Both the position numbers and the translations under genes were made by a program. DNA of 64,000 bases. Source: Hyaloraphidium curvatum SAG 235-1 (lineage: Eukaryota; Fungi; Monoblepharomycota). Where the stretch lies: the NCBI GenBank assembly GCA_025558095.1, contig JAIVFI010000016.1, positions 434,001 to 498,000 of the forward strand, written 5' to 3'. Of the stretch, positions 34,742 through 47,340 are shown piece after piece; position 1 is the first letter of the stretch; every line of letters begins with the position of its first letter. Below the pieces are notes generated by a model. That model ran no database searches. It worked only from the letters and a program-made list of their open reading frames with translations, and was not told the origin of the DNA.

Positions 34742-36652
34742 CTATGCCGAAAAGACCTCGCGGTCTTTTTCGTCGTCCGCCTTGAGCTGGCGAATGCCGC
34801 GCTCCAGGCTCTTAATGTCAGTGTCGATCTCGCGACCGAGCGTATTGATGTCCTTCATGGTCGTGATCGGCCCTTCCCACATCTCCTGGAAAGCCGTGGG
34901 CTTCAGAGAAGCCCGGATCCACTGCGTCTTGTTGTCGACGGGGCAATCGTCCGTGGGGAAGTCCTCCAGTCCAGAGATGTAGTCCGGACCGAAACGCTTG
35001 ACGGAGAGCAGGTCAAAAAGCTGCGGCGCGTAGGTGGTGATGCCGTTCTTTTTCCGCGCGGCATTGAGGGTGCGCTGCCGCTCCTCGATGGCCGTCTTGT
35101 TCCGGCTCGCGGCGCTGAAGTCTTTTGCCAGGATCGCAGCGTTCACGTCCGCCCATCTAACAGGCAAGTGAGCGAGGCTGCCAACCATCGAACCCATGGC
35201 ACCACTCACACTTGCTGGCTCTCGTTCGACGCCTGCTTTTCCGCCGGTTTTTCGACGCGGTGCTTCTTCAGCTTGTCCGTCCCGGCCATGTCAATCAGCA
35301 CGAAGGACTTGCTGGTCTTGACGTTCGTGATGGTGATCCGACCTTGCCAGTCTCCCGTAAAGGTGTAAAGGATCTTTTCGCCAGGGTAAAGATCCTTTTC
35401 CGGGTTCTTGAGGGCGGGGAGCTCCTCCTGGGTCGGCTTCATTCGCGCAATGAAACCCTCGATGGCGAAGGTCCGAGAGACGCTGTACCATTTCTGTCCA
35501 CACGAGTAAGAATTCCGTGTCCTCGACATGCTGCTAGCCGCCCACCTCATCCTTGTAGTGGATGACAGTCCGGAGACCCGTCTCCGGACAGTAGATCATG
35601 GACACGTCCTCCAGCTGGACGTAGGGCGACAGCGTGACGAACCCCTTGATGGACCCGCGGGGGAATGTCATCCGGTACCGCTCCATCCGGTTCCCGCGCG
35701 GCGTCGTCAGCTCCATCCCGTACTGATGCCGCAGCTTGACCGAGGTGCCCGTGAACCGGCCCGAGATGTGGCATATGCCCGTGAACGACAGCTGCCGCGC
35801 CGGGCACGCGTAGGCAAAGGCCATTTTCGGCGGGTGGTGCGAGACCTGCTCCGTGATGTAGATGATCCGGCCGTCGTCGGCGCCCAGGCGTGACTCGATG
35901 CTTCCGTTGCTGCTGACCTTGTCGCCCACGGTCGCGCTCTCGGGCACGGAGAATTCGGAAACGGCGTCCAGCTGCGTAAGCATCGTTTCCGCGTCGGAGA
36001 ACTGGGTGGAGGTGGAGAATTTGGAGGAAGCGGAGGCGCGGGAGGAGGCGGGAAGGGAGCTCGAAGGCTCCGCGAGTGGAAGGGGCTTTTCCGGCTCAAA
36101 GTAGCAGGTGTAGCGTTCGCTGAGGATGGGGTTGTAGCTGCGGGCAGCGGGCATCAGGGCCGGAACCCGGCGGGGATCGCAGCGACGGACGCCACCTCTT
36201 GTACAGCTTCCGCATGTGGACGCCGTTGGTGCTCAGCAGGAACCGGAGCACCGCAATCATCTGCTGCTCCGCCTCCTCGTACTCAGGGATGGCGAGGAAC
36301 ATCTGGGGCTGGTCCATGAGGACCATGTGCTCCAGGAAGGAGAGGGGGTCGCAGACGGAGGCGGGCAGGCTGATCCGGCTGCAGGCGCGAACGGAGCGAT
36401 CGCGGAGCACATCGTGCGGTCAGAAGAGCCGCAAAGTACGGCGATTCAGTGGGCGGGAACCCACAGGGAGCCCAGGTCCTTCACGCCGATTGCGTTCTTG
36501 AGGAATCCCAGGATCGCGGAAACCTTGCCCTTCTCCTCGTGCACGGGGGCGGAAGCGGCCGATGCGGAGAAGCCGGCGGCAATGGCCTGCTCCTCCTCGG
36601 CGGTGGGCATGGCACCCGGCAGGGAGCCGTCGTCTTCGGCAGGCGGCGGCAT
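34742..36652 (-). CDS. Oxysterol-binding protein (OSH/ORP, short form)
   Basis: RISLPA...PLSFLE, YNPILSE, signature EQVSHHPP and KTAIEERQR. Four introns. Confidence 0.92.
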
Positions 36653-36957
36653 GACGGCCGGTCCCAGCCTGGGGGGACGACCCCGGAAACGGGGAGGTTC
36701 GCGGGGGGCGGGAGGCGGGACGCAGACCGCGGTCTGTGGAGCACAGGGAGCGACGGAACAGAGGCAGTCGCTGCTTCTCCGTCGGCCGCAAGAATGTCCT
36801 TCCGGATTTCCGCACGGTCCGCCGGAGTCGGAGATTCTCGCGCTGCGCCGGGGAGTGGCGCATGCGCCGGCAGAAGTTCCACCCGACAACCACGTGGAAG
36901 CCGCCGAATCAACACTTGCAAAGCCGCGCAAACGTGCCGATCGCGTCCGATTCCACC

Positions 36958-37852
36958 ATGACGCGGTTTGCTCCCGCCGTTCGCGCCCTGACGCGCGGAT
37001 TCGCGTCCGACGCGTGGCCCGCCACGCGTTCTTTGGAGCCGACCAGAATGTTCGACTTGGCCGCCGCCGATCCGTCCGTGCGATTCTCGCCCTACTGCTG
37101 GCGGATCACCATGGCCTGCGCGCACAAGGGGATCCCGCTGGAACGCGTGCCGTGGCGAATCTTTTCGGACAAGCCCGTGCTGCCGAGCCCCAACTCCGGA
37201 ACGGTGCCCGTGATCGTGGACCCGAACAACGGCGGCGCGGTGGAGCACGACAGCCTGAGGATTGCGTCCTACCTGGAACGGACGTACCCGGATTTGCCCT
37301 CCCTGTTCGGCAACGCGCCGGGGGCGCCGCCCAACGAATCCGCCGAACGCCTCACCCATTTCGTCGCCGCGTGGGCGGAACGGGTGCTCGTGCCCCCGAT
37401 GGGGCAGTTCCTCGTCGCGGACATCTGGAGCCGGATCGACCCGTCGGAGCAGGAGGTGCGTCCTTCTCGCGATCCTCGGCATGGTGATCGGCTGACCTGT
37501 AGTTCAGTATTTCCGCCGGACGCGCGAGAAATGGTACAAGGGTCGCACCCTCGAGGAGGTCCAATCTGAGCGCGACTCGAAGCTCGCCTCGTTCCGGCAG
37601 CTCCTCAGCCCCGCGCGCGCGGTCCTCAAGGGCGACCTGGGCGACCGCCGGCCACAGCCCTGGCTCGGATCGCCCTCGGGGCCGACGTTCGCGGACTTTG
37701 TCGTGTTCGGGCTTTTCCAGTGGGCGCGCTGCATCAGCCCGGGGTTCGCGGCGACGATACTCAAGGAGGACGATCCCCTGGCGGCGTGGTTCGAGAGGAT
37801 GCTGGACCTGTACGGCGGATTGGGCCGCAACGCCCCCGTGTGGAAGGAGTGA
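36958..37852 (+). CDS. Glutathione S-transferase, LigE/beta-etherase-like
   Basis: FDLAAAD...FSPYCWR..MACAHKG, VPVI, DS..IA.YLE.TYP..PSLFG, YFRRTREK and FADFVVFG.FQWARCIS. One intron at about 37456-37506. Confidence 0.88.
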
Positions 37853-37907
37853 GGCGTTCCCAGTCGGCGCGGCTGCAGTCAGGCCAACGATACATAGTCC
37901 AACCAAG

Positions 37908-40268
37908 CTACATGTACTGCTGCTTGAGGATGACCCCGCCGCTCTCCGGCTTGAGGTCGCCGACCTGCCTCAAGAACTCCTTGAGCCGGCCCATGTTGAC
38001 GTCCATGTTCCGGCGGATCTTGTCCTTCAGGGCCGCGATGACGCTCTTGGCGGGCACGCGCTGGCCCAGCCGCGAGGTTGGCAGGAGGACGTCGACGACC
38101 TCCTGCTTCGTGATGAGGGCTGGCGGGGATCGAGCGTCAGCACAGCAATCGGCGGCCCGTTGCCTGCGCGGTACGCACTCGGATCCGTCTCCTCGGGTTC
38201 GCGCTTGATCTTCTTCCGCGGCCCACCCCCGTCCGACATCTCCCCGTCCGACATCTGCCGGTCGCCTGTCTTGTTCCCCCCCGCCGGCGGCGGCGGGGAC
38301 GCCGTGGCCGGCGCCGAAAACAGCCTGATCTTGAGCACCGGCTGCTGCGGCGCCCCCGCCTGGCCGACAGGCGAGGACGGCACCGCCGGTGGCGGCGTGG
38401 GCACCGCCGGTGGCGGCGTGGGCACCGCCGGCGGCGCCTCCGCCTTGACCTGCACCGGCGCCGGTTCCCCCGCGACGGGGCTCAGCGCTTCGACCCGCTT
38501 GCGCTTCCTCCCCGACGCCGACCCCACGTCCGACAGCTCCGAATCCGACCCCGCCGGCCGCGCCTGGCTCCGCACGGGGATGCGGAGCTTGATCGGCGCG
38601 CGCACCTCGGGGCTCGCCGCCGCGCCCTTCTTGCCCGCCGCGGGATCGCCGTCCTCGCCCTCGGAGGTCCGCCCGGACTCGCGGGCCTTTTTGCGCTGCA
38701 GCTCGCGCTGCCGCATGCGCTGCTCCTCCTCCCGGCTGAGGATCATCGCCTCGTCCTCGTCCTCGTCGTCGGACGAGGAGCCGGCCTGGTCGTCCGAGTC
38801 CAGGTAGGGATCCTTCTCGTCGTCCCCGTCCGCGTCGTCCCCGTCCTCCGCGTCCTCCCCGCCCTCCTCCTTCTTGCGCCGCTTCCCCTCGAGGGCCTTC
38901 TTCATCCGCCTGTGCGCCTTGGAGAGCTTCTCCTTGCCCCTCTTGCCCGGCGGCGGCACCCCGTCCGCATCCCCGTAGGCCTCCTCCAGCGCCCCCTCGA
39001 CGTCCTTGCCCTCCGTCTCTGCGAGCACCTTGGTCGCCCTGTACCTCCTCTCCTCCTGCTCCGCCCTCTCCTTCGCCATGTTCTTTGTCCCCTCGTCGTC
39101 CCACGCCGCCCCGCCATTGTCGCTCCCCTCGTCGTCCGACACGCGCATCTCAAAGTCCCAGTCCTCGTCGCCGTCGTCGTCCCGGCCCGTCTTGCGCACC
39201 GGCCGCGGCGGGGGGCGCGAGGCGAGCCGCTTGGCCTGGGCTTCGAACTCGGCCTCGGATTTGATCTTGACGCCCGCGGCGCCGAGGAGGTCCTGGATCG
39301 CGCGGTAGGCCGAGGGCTCGTCGCGGAGGTCCTGGGAGTGCTTGAGGAAGGCGGCTTCGCGGGCGGCTTCGGCGCGGCGCCGGCGCTGTCCGGAACGGGG
39401 GGGTTCAGTGGTCGCGCAAGGGACGGGAGAGGGGGAGGAAACGCACCTTCATGCGCTCCTCGGCCTCTTCGAGGGTGAGCGGGACGACGTTGGGCTTGGC
39501 GGTGAAGTTGTAAAAGTGCTGCACGGGATGCACCGTGAAGCCGTCGGCCTGTGGGGCAACCAACCGGCGCGGGGTCAGCTCTGGGAGGGATCCGACGCCC
39601 CCGTGCGGCCCCACCGAGAAAGCCAGCAGCATGTACTGGTCCCCCGCCAGCCCCTCCTCCAGACGCCCCTCGAACTCGTTGTCCCCGCCGGACGAGTCTG
39701 CCAGAGTAAAGGGCAGCTGCGCGATGGCGCGCTCCTTCTTCGCCTCGTCCCCGTCGCCGTACAGGCCCTGGCTGCGGAAGGTGCGCAGCTTCCTGTTTAT
39801 CGCCTTCTGCTTCTTGCGCGCGGTCTTGCGGTCGACCTTTGTCAGGTCGATCTCCTCCTTGGGGCCGGACGGCGGCGGCGGGGCCAGCTCGGGGTCCTCA
39901 TCCTCGTCCCTGCGGCCCCACTTGCGGGGCGCCAGCGGCTCGTCGGGATCTGCCGTGAATCCCTCCGGCTCGAAGCGGTGCATTTTGAGCGGCGGCGCCC
40001 AGCGCGCGAGGTCTGCGGCGGCGGGGGCCGCGCCGGGGAAGCGCATCACCGACAGCGGCGCGTCGCCGGCGGCCAGGCGGAAGCGCTGCACGGTCGGCGG
40101 CGCGGCGTCCTCGGCCTTGACCTTCGGGGCCGGCGCCGCGGGGCGCGCGGGCCGCGCGACGGGCTTCGGCATCGCGACGGGCTTCACGCGCGCGGACCGC
40201 AGCCCAGACGACGGCGCCGCGAGCGGGTTGGCCGGGCCGCCGCTGGCCGCGTCGGGCGCGCCCTCCAT
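37908..40268 (-). CDS. TFG1: Transcription initiation factor IIF alpha subunit (RAP74/Tfg1)
   Basis: FEGRLE..QYMLL..GFTVHPV.HFYNF.AK....LTLEEAEERMK, an acidic linker (DFE...SDDE) and a C-terminal winged helix (ITKQEVVDVL). Confidence 0.82.
38379..38436. repeat. 21-bp coding tandem repeat (PPAVPTP)
   Basis: About 2.7 copies of ggcaccgccggtggcggcgtg. Confidence 0.75.
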
Positions 40269-40567
40269 GGCGAGCGAAGCTTGCTAAAAAGGAGCGGGGA
40301 GGCAGGTCCCGTGATGGCGACGCGTCTCACGGATTGGTTTGGAATTTCCGTCCTATCAAAGGTGCTTGAATCCGCGGAAACCCTATGATCGTCCCTTGAG
40401 AACCACCCTGACCTAACCACTGCCTGGTTTCAGCCAGGGACGCCACCAGACACAAATCGCCGAGCGGCCTGTGATTCAACATCCGTTTCTCTTCTCTTCG
40501 CCCCGCTCGCCGCAGACCCCCGGTCCGCCTTTGCCCACCCCTCCACACCGTTTCCCCCCTCTCCGCA

Positions 40568-41892
40568 ATGCCCGTCCGCGAGGAAGTCACCGCCGCCGTC
40601 GGCCCGGCGCGCGAGCTCTTTGCCTCCACGCCGCTCGCAAAGTTCATCGAGGAGCGCCACAAGGACCTGCTCACCGTCGACGAGGCCGCAACCGTCGGCG
40701 ACGCCCTGAAGCTGCTCAGCGCAAACAAGATCCTGTCGGCGCCCGTGACGGCCGGCGACGCCAAGCAGGCAAACGGCGCCGCCCAGGCAAAGGCCTACTA
40801 CTCGGGCTGCATCTCGCTGGCCGACATCCTCAAGGGCCTCGTCAAGCAGGTCGAGGCGCGCCGCATCCTGCACGGCACTACCTGGGACGAGAAGGTCGCC
40901 TCGGTCAAGGAGGCCGACCTGATCGAGATCGGCCGCGAGCTCCTCGCCAGGCCCGTGAGCCACTTCTGCCACGCAGGCAGCCTGCTGCTCGAGGCCGAGG
41001 AGGGCGTCAACCTCGCAGAGGTGCTCGAGAGCGGATTCAACATCCACGACGTGAGTAGCGGGACAGAGCAGCGGATGGACAGCCGGAGGCAAAGCACGTG
41101 AACGCGGGCCGGAGGACGGCGCGACCCCGTCCCGGCGGCCACGGCCCCGGAAATGCCATTCAATGGCCGATGAAATGTCTCCGCGTTCTCCTCTGCTTGA
41201 ATCCGCGCTCACACGCCCCCCGCCCGCAGAGCCACCCCCACCACCGCATCTACGTCTGCCACGAGGCCCTCAAGCCGCACGACCACGCGGCCGGCAAGAC
41301 CCACTCCGCCGCCGGCTGGCGCGCCACCGACGTCATCTCCCAGACCGATCTCCTCGCCTTCCTGCAGGCCAACGCGGCCGCCTTCCCCGCCCTCGCAGGC
41401 ACCACCCTCGAGGCCCTCGGCCTGACCGCCACGGGCGTCTGCACCACGGGCGGCAACACCACCACGGCGCTCGACGCCTTCCACAAGATGCTGGTGGACC
41501 ACCACTCGGCCATCGGCCTGCTGGACGAGGCCACGGGCAGGCTCGTGGGCAACCTCTCCATCACCGACCTCCGCGGCCTCGGCTCCGGCCCCGAGTCCTT
41601 CGCCGCCCTCGCCAAGCCCGCCCTCGAGTTCGTCAAGCCCACCGCGAGGCCGATCGTCACGCTGCCCCCCACCGCGACGCTGGGCCAGCTCCTCGAGACG
41701 CTCTCGGCCAACCGCCTGCGCAGGGTCTACGTGGTCGCGCAGGAGGACGGCGCGGAGAAGCTCGACGGGATCGTGAGCATCACCGACGTGCTGCGGATCG
41801 TGGCGAACCCGCCGATCGAGGAGGAGGGCGGCGAGCGGGACGACGACGAGGAGGAGATGAACGGGGAGGCGGACGAGGAGGAGCAGGCGTGA
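40568..41892 (+). CDS. CBS-domain protein (SDS23/AMPK-gamma-like)
   Basis: ALKLLSANKILSAPV, VISQTDLL, LVGNLSITDLRGL and LRRVYVV...GIVSITDVL. One intron of about 180 nt. Confidence 0.87.
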
Positions 41893-42098
41893 AAAAGGCC
41901 GATTGGCCGGATCGATGGGACGGTGGGGCTGCAGCACTTGACATCCGGCCCTCTGGCGGGGAACCCGGCGGGACGCTCGGGCTCTCGGGAGAGGCCACGT
42001 TACCCAGATAGATAGGATAGACATAGAACGCCGCTATTCATTCGCATATATCCTGCGCTCTGGTCGTCCGTTCCGTTGGCGCACCGCACTGGGTCGCC

Positions 42099-43145
42099 CT
42101 ATAGCTGGACCTCGGCGAGGAGCGGCTGGCCCCTCGCGCCCCGCAAGGCATTCTCCGCCGCCATCACGGCCATGTCCTCCATCACCTCCTCGGCATCCGT
42201 CCCCATGTGCGGGAGCACCACCACGTTCCTCATCTTGAGCAGCGGATGCCCCGCCGGCAGCGGCTCGGGATCGGTCACGTCCAACCCGGCGGCGGCCAGC
42301 CTGGCACCGCGGAGGGCGTCGACCAGCGCCTCGGTGTCGACGATCCCCCCGCGCGCGACGTTGACCAGCACCGCCGTCGGTTTCGCGAGGGCGAGCAGAC
42401 GGGCGTCCACCATCCCGCGGGTCTTTTCGTTGAGCGAGCAGGTAATGAAGATCACGTCCGATTCGCGGAACAGCTCGTCCAGGGCGACGTGCCTGCAGGC
42501 CCCGCCCGACCGCGCCTCGGAGTCTGGCTTGGCCCCACCCGACCCGGAATAGAGCACGGTGGGGTCCACCCCGAACCCGCGCAGTCGCTTGGCCACCTCG
42601 ACGCCAATGTTGCCCAGCCCCACGATGCCACATGTGCGCGCCGCGAGCGTCGACGCCAGCCGCGGGTTCCACTCTCCCCCGAGCTCCCCACCGGAGGCGC
42701 CGCCTCGCGGATCGGGCTCCTGCCCCGCACCGTCGGGGAAGTAGCACGAAAACGCGGCCTCCTTGATCCTGCGGCACGCCATGAGCGCCAGCGCGAGGGC
42801 AATCTCGGCGGTCGGGCCCGCGACGACGCCGGGGGTGTTGGCCAGCTTCGCGCCGCGCGCCTTGACGGCGGGTTTGTCGACGTGGTCCGTTCCCACGGAG
42901 ACAGTCGACACGACGCGTAGCTGCGGGCCGCACGCGTCGAGCAGGGCGCCGTCGATCTTCGTGTCCGTCGCGAAGCAGATCAGCCCGTGTGGTTTCAGTT
43001 CGGAGACGCCGGCAATAATCTCATCGCGCGATTTGCTCGGGGAAACGGCGAGGCGCACGTCGGGCTGCCGCGCGAGAAGCTCCGAGGCGCGCTTCTCGAG
43101 GGGCCGCGTGAGGAACAGCCGGAGGGGCTCCGCGGGGGCGGACAT
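42099..43145 (-). CDS. Glyoxylate/hydroxypyruvate reductase (D-2-hydroxyacid dehydrogenase)
   Basis: GIVGLGNIG, VNVARG, GLDVTDPEPLP and LPHMG. Confidence 0.92.
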   Translation of the reverse strand: MSAPAEPLRLFLTRPLEKRASELLARQPDVRLAVSPSKSRDEIIAGVSELKPHGLICFATDTKIDGALLDACGPQLRVVSTVSVGTDHVDKPAVKARGAKLANTPGVVAGPTAEIALALALMACRRIKEAAFSCYFPDGAGQEPDPRGGASGGELGGEWNPRLASTLAARTCGIVGLGNIGVEVAKRLRGFGVDPTVLYSGSGGAKPDSEARSGGACRHVALDELFRESDVIFITCSLNEKTRGMVDARLLALAKPTAVLVNVARGGIVDTEALVDALRGARLAAAGLDVTDPEPLPAGHPLLKMRNVVVLPHMGTDAEEVMEDMAVMAAENALRGARGQPLLAEVQL

Positions 43146-43428
43146 CGCGCGGCGGGTGGAACGAAAGATGATGCGGGGGAAGAGGCGCTGGAAAGATGGA
43201 TTCCAGGTGCAGAATCGAGGAATCGCGGGCATGAAGCGGGTGAACTCGGCCCGGGCGGCGCGGCGGCGATTTCAGAAATCTTCAGATCCGTTTCACCACA
43301 TCCAGGAATCTCGGCGGCTCCAAAAGCAGCAATCGGAGCTCGGTTCCTTGTTTCTCGAACAGCTGCTGAGCGCGAAACGGGGCCTTTGAAGGGCACAGGC
43401 CCCTACAGCAGCTCGTACGGGCGTCGCC

Positions 43429-45201
43429 ATGGCTTCCTGGTTACCCCGCTTCCTGCGGCGGACGGGCAAGCTGGCCGCCCTGACCGGGGTCCTCTACGTC
43501 GCCGACGACAAGCTGAACTATTCGTCGGCGACCCGCTCGATCCGGACGCTGTGGACCGGCCTCCTCATAACCCTGGATTACAAGCTCAACTGGACCAAGG
43601 ACGCCGGCCCGCACCTCCTCGAAATCCACGCCCGCGCGGGCCAGCGGATCCTGGATACTTGCAAGGCCAACGGCGGCCTTTACATCAAGCTCGGGCAGGG
43701 TATCGCGAGCCAAAACCACGTCTTGCCCCCTCAAATTAATGAGCGTTTCCGCGAGCTTTACGACGAGGCGCCCGCGGAGCCCTTCAGCGTCGTGCGCAAG
43801 CTGATCCGGGAGGAATTTGGCCGCGAACCGGAGGAGCTGTTCGCTTCCTTCGAGCCCGAGGCGATCGCTTCGGCGTCGATCGCCCAGGTGCACCGGGCCA
43901 CGCTCAAGGACGGGACGCCGGTGGCCGTCAAGGTGCAGAAACCGGCGGTGCGCTGGCAGATGGGATGGGATCTGCTCTGCTACCGGATCATCTGTGCGGC
44001 GTTCGAGTTTGCCTTTGATCTCCCGATATACTGGTCGGTCGACTTCACGGCCGACCACCTGAAGAGGGAGACGGACTTTACCATCGAAGGCCGGAGTTCG
44101 GAACGGGCGCTGGCGGAGCTGAGGAAGGAACCCTCGCTGCGGAACGACGTCTACGTGCCGACCGTCCACTGGGACCTGACGACGAAGCGGATCATGACCG
44201 CGGAGTGGATCGACGGCGTGTCCTTGGCGAAGGTCAAGGAGGTTTCGAAGCAGTTTGACAAGCACTGGGTGGTGCAGAAGGTCATCGAGGTGTTCAGCCA
44301 CCAGATCTTCCATTCTGGCTTCGTCCACGCCGGTAGGAGAAGGATTCGCGATGGACAGTCGCACTTGCTGACGCCAACGTCAACCAACAGACCCGCACCC
44401 CGGCAACCTGATGGTACTGCGGCAGAACGGCCGCCCGCAGCTCGTGCTCTTGGACCACGGCCTCTATGTGCAGGAAACGCCCTCATTCGTTCGCTCCTAC
44501 GCCGAGTTTTGGCGCGCCCTGCTCCTCGCCGACATCCCGACCCTGGAAGCGATATGCCATAGCTGGGGGATTAGGGATGTGAAGATGATGTCTTCGGCCA
44601 CGCTGCAGCGCCCGTACGATCCCGAAAAGGCGCTCAAGGCAGGCAAGTCTGCACTCGAGAAGCCCACCTTTGCCGAGATCTACGAGTTGCAGATGGAGGC
44701 CAAGGACAGGTACGAGCTTCCGCGGATGGAAATGAAGGTCGGGATGATGCTGACATGACGGAAAGGGCCAAGGAAATGCTCGGTGACACATCCAAGGTCC
44801 CGCTCGAGATTATCTTCGTCGCCCGCAACATGAACCTGATCCGATCGGTGAACAAGTCGTACGGATCACCCGTGGACCGCGTCGGCGAGATGGCTCGCTG
44901 GGCGGTCTCTTCCTTCTCCCGCCCCTCCCTTCCCTCTGTGTGGCTCGGCGCCGACGCGAACCGCGCTTCGCCGGGAATCCGGGACTACTTCTCCTCCCTC
45001 GTCACCTACATCCGGTTCAACGCGGCCCTCTTCGCCGTCTCGCTCGGTTTCACAGCCACCAAGGTGTGGGCCTGGATCCAGGGCAACATCCTGCGGCGGG
45101 ACAAGGTGCTGGACTACGAGGAGGTGCTGGATCAGCAGGCAAAGGAAGCCATGAGGCAGCAGTTCGGAATGGTGCTGGACGACAACGCCTTCGATGCCTA
45201 G
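43429..45201 (+). CDS. ABC1/UbiB atypical kinase (ADCK1/5, Mcp2-like)
   Basis: GGLYIKLGQ, IASASIAQVHRA, VAVKVQ, HA|DPHPGN and LLDHGL. Two introns. Confidence 0.93.
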
Positions 45202-45783
45202 GGTTGTGACCATGGCTGCGAAGACGGATGGTGGGATTGGGGAGGAGGGGATGGGCGTGATCTGTGACGTGGCGTCTGTACTGCTTGTTTCTGCGTTTTG
45301 CCCCAGACGGGAATATAGATTGCTTCCGACACTGTTGGACGATCTGGCGAAGAGTTGCCAATATCGCCTGTGTGTCGATGGAAGGTTTGGGAGGGGGGGT
45401 TGGCTGGCAGCTTCACCGCAGCCGCCCGACAAATAGCGCGGGCCATGGGCAATGATATCCTTTTTCAGGCGTTGCGTGAGGGCAAGCCCCGGGCGAGGCG
45501 GCGGTAGCGGTCTTTGATTTGTATACGCACTGGAGCCCAACACGCCCGAGCACTCCGCGCGTATGTAATGAGGAGCTAGCAACCCACCGTACACTTAGAA
45601 ATCCCCCTACGCCCCAAGAATCAGCTCCTCATCTACATTCAAACCAAATGCCTCCGCGCGAAGATCACTCTCAGACCACTCTCTCCTGAGAGAGGAGGCG
45701 GCTCCGAAGCAGCTCGCCGTTGAGGCGTCTGCGAAGGCGTTTTCGGCTCGCGACCCCCGGCCGGGCCTCCGTGCCGGGCGGCC

Positions 45784-47234
45784 ATGCCGGCCGGTGCCGC
45801 GCGGCTCCCCGATTCCCGCGAATCGGCCTCCGCGGCGACCGCCGATCCCGCCGCACACGCGGACGACAACTCCGGGCTCGACATCCTCGCCTCGGTGTCC
45901 GCACGGTCGCTGATGGACGGCAAGGGGACTTCCCGCCGCTCGGGCGTGCGCGGCAAGACCGGCGCCGTTGCGGTCGCCGGCGACGGTGCACCGCGCTGCG
46001 CGGACCGCTCCGACGCCTTGGCAGGCAGCAGTGATTTCTGCCAGGGTCGGCTGATACTGTGCAAGAAGCTCGACGGCAACTGGCGCTGTGGGTTCCTCCA
46101 GACTGGCCCGTTCTCCGCTTCGAGCCGCTTACTTTGTTCTCCCGCCACAGGCAAGCGGCATTACGACCGCCTGTTGACCAAGGCGCCCAATGGAGCTGCG
46201 GAGGAGGAGGAGGAGGACGAGTTGGCCGGGCAAATCGACGAGGAGCTGCCGCTTGCTGCCCCGCCGGTCGAGGAAGAGGAGGTCCTGCCGGCCGGTGCCC
46301 CCTACGACTCTGCCGCAGGCGCCTACTACTACCAGGAGGAGGGCTACGAGGTCGCGGCGGATGGCTACGTGCCCGACTTCTCGCACCAGTACCTGCACGG
46401 CGACGAGCACGGCGAGGAGGACGAGGGCTACATGGACCTCGATCCGGACGGCGAGGTCACCCCCGAAGCCGCGGTCGTGGACTTCGAGCACCACCCGCTG
46501 GCGGGCCGGGTTTCTGGCCGGGCCAAGGCCCCGAAGAAGCCGAGGAACAAAGCCGAGAAGAAGGAGGGCGCGAGCCTGTTCCGCAAAAACAGCGTCAAGG
46601 CGCAGTGCCGGCCCATCCACGACCAGCCGCAGTGCCTGGCGCGGGACTGCTACGGCGAATGGGAGGCCGTCAACGGCCGCTACCGCGTCCCGGTGCACTA
46701 CGTCACGGTCACGGAGCGCAACAAGTCCATGGTCGTGAGCGACTACAAGGAGATCAAGCACCTCACGGGCTGCGATCTTGTCACCCTGCTCTTCCCCGTG
46801 CCCGGCACCCTGCGCTGCAACCAGTGCGGCACCACCTTCTCCACCTCCTTCAACGCCAACTCGCACGCCATGTGCCGCGATAACCACTTCCGCTGCGCGC
46901 CGTGCGGGAAGGGCGTCACCACCCTCGCCGCGATCCAGAAGCACTTCAAGACCCCCAGCCACCGCGCCAGGATGGATGGCTGGACCGTCGACGGGGTGCT
47001 GAAGTCGAAGGCGGAGCTGGACCGCATGCACGACCGTGGGTATCTCACCCGAGGAGTTGGTTTTACCGTTGATGCTGACGGATCGCTCGCTCTGCAGACG
47101 CCCTCGAATTCGCCAGCAGCAGAGAGCGGGTCGAGAAGCCTCCCCGCAGCGAGTCGAGCGGACGGGGTAGAGGTCGGGGCCGGGGCAGACCTAGAGGGAG
47201 CGGCCGCGGGAAGAAGAGCGCCGTGGATGGGTGA
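45784..47234 (+). CDS. Zinc-finger (C2H2-like) protein with C-terminal AT-hook
   Basis: CNQCGTTF..H and CAPCGK...IQKHFKTPSH. Removing intron 47036-47097 gives a last exon with RGRGRPRGS and a stop at 47234. Confidence 0.7.
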
Positions 47235-47340
47235 AGGGTGGAGGGCATGGCACCGAGAGCGAAGGCTCAGATGATGATTCCTTTTCGATTACTACAAATG
47301 ATGCTCTTTTCAACAGGCGCTTTGTGTCAAGGATGGTCCG

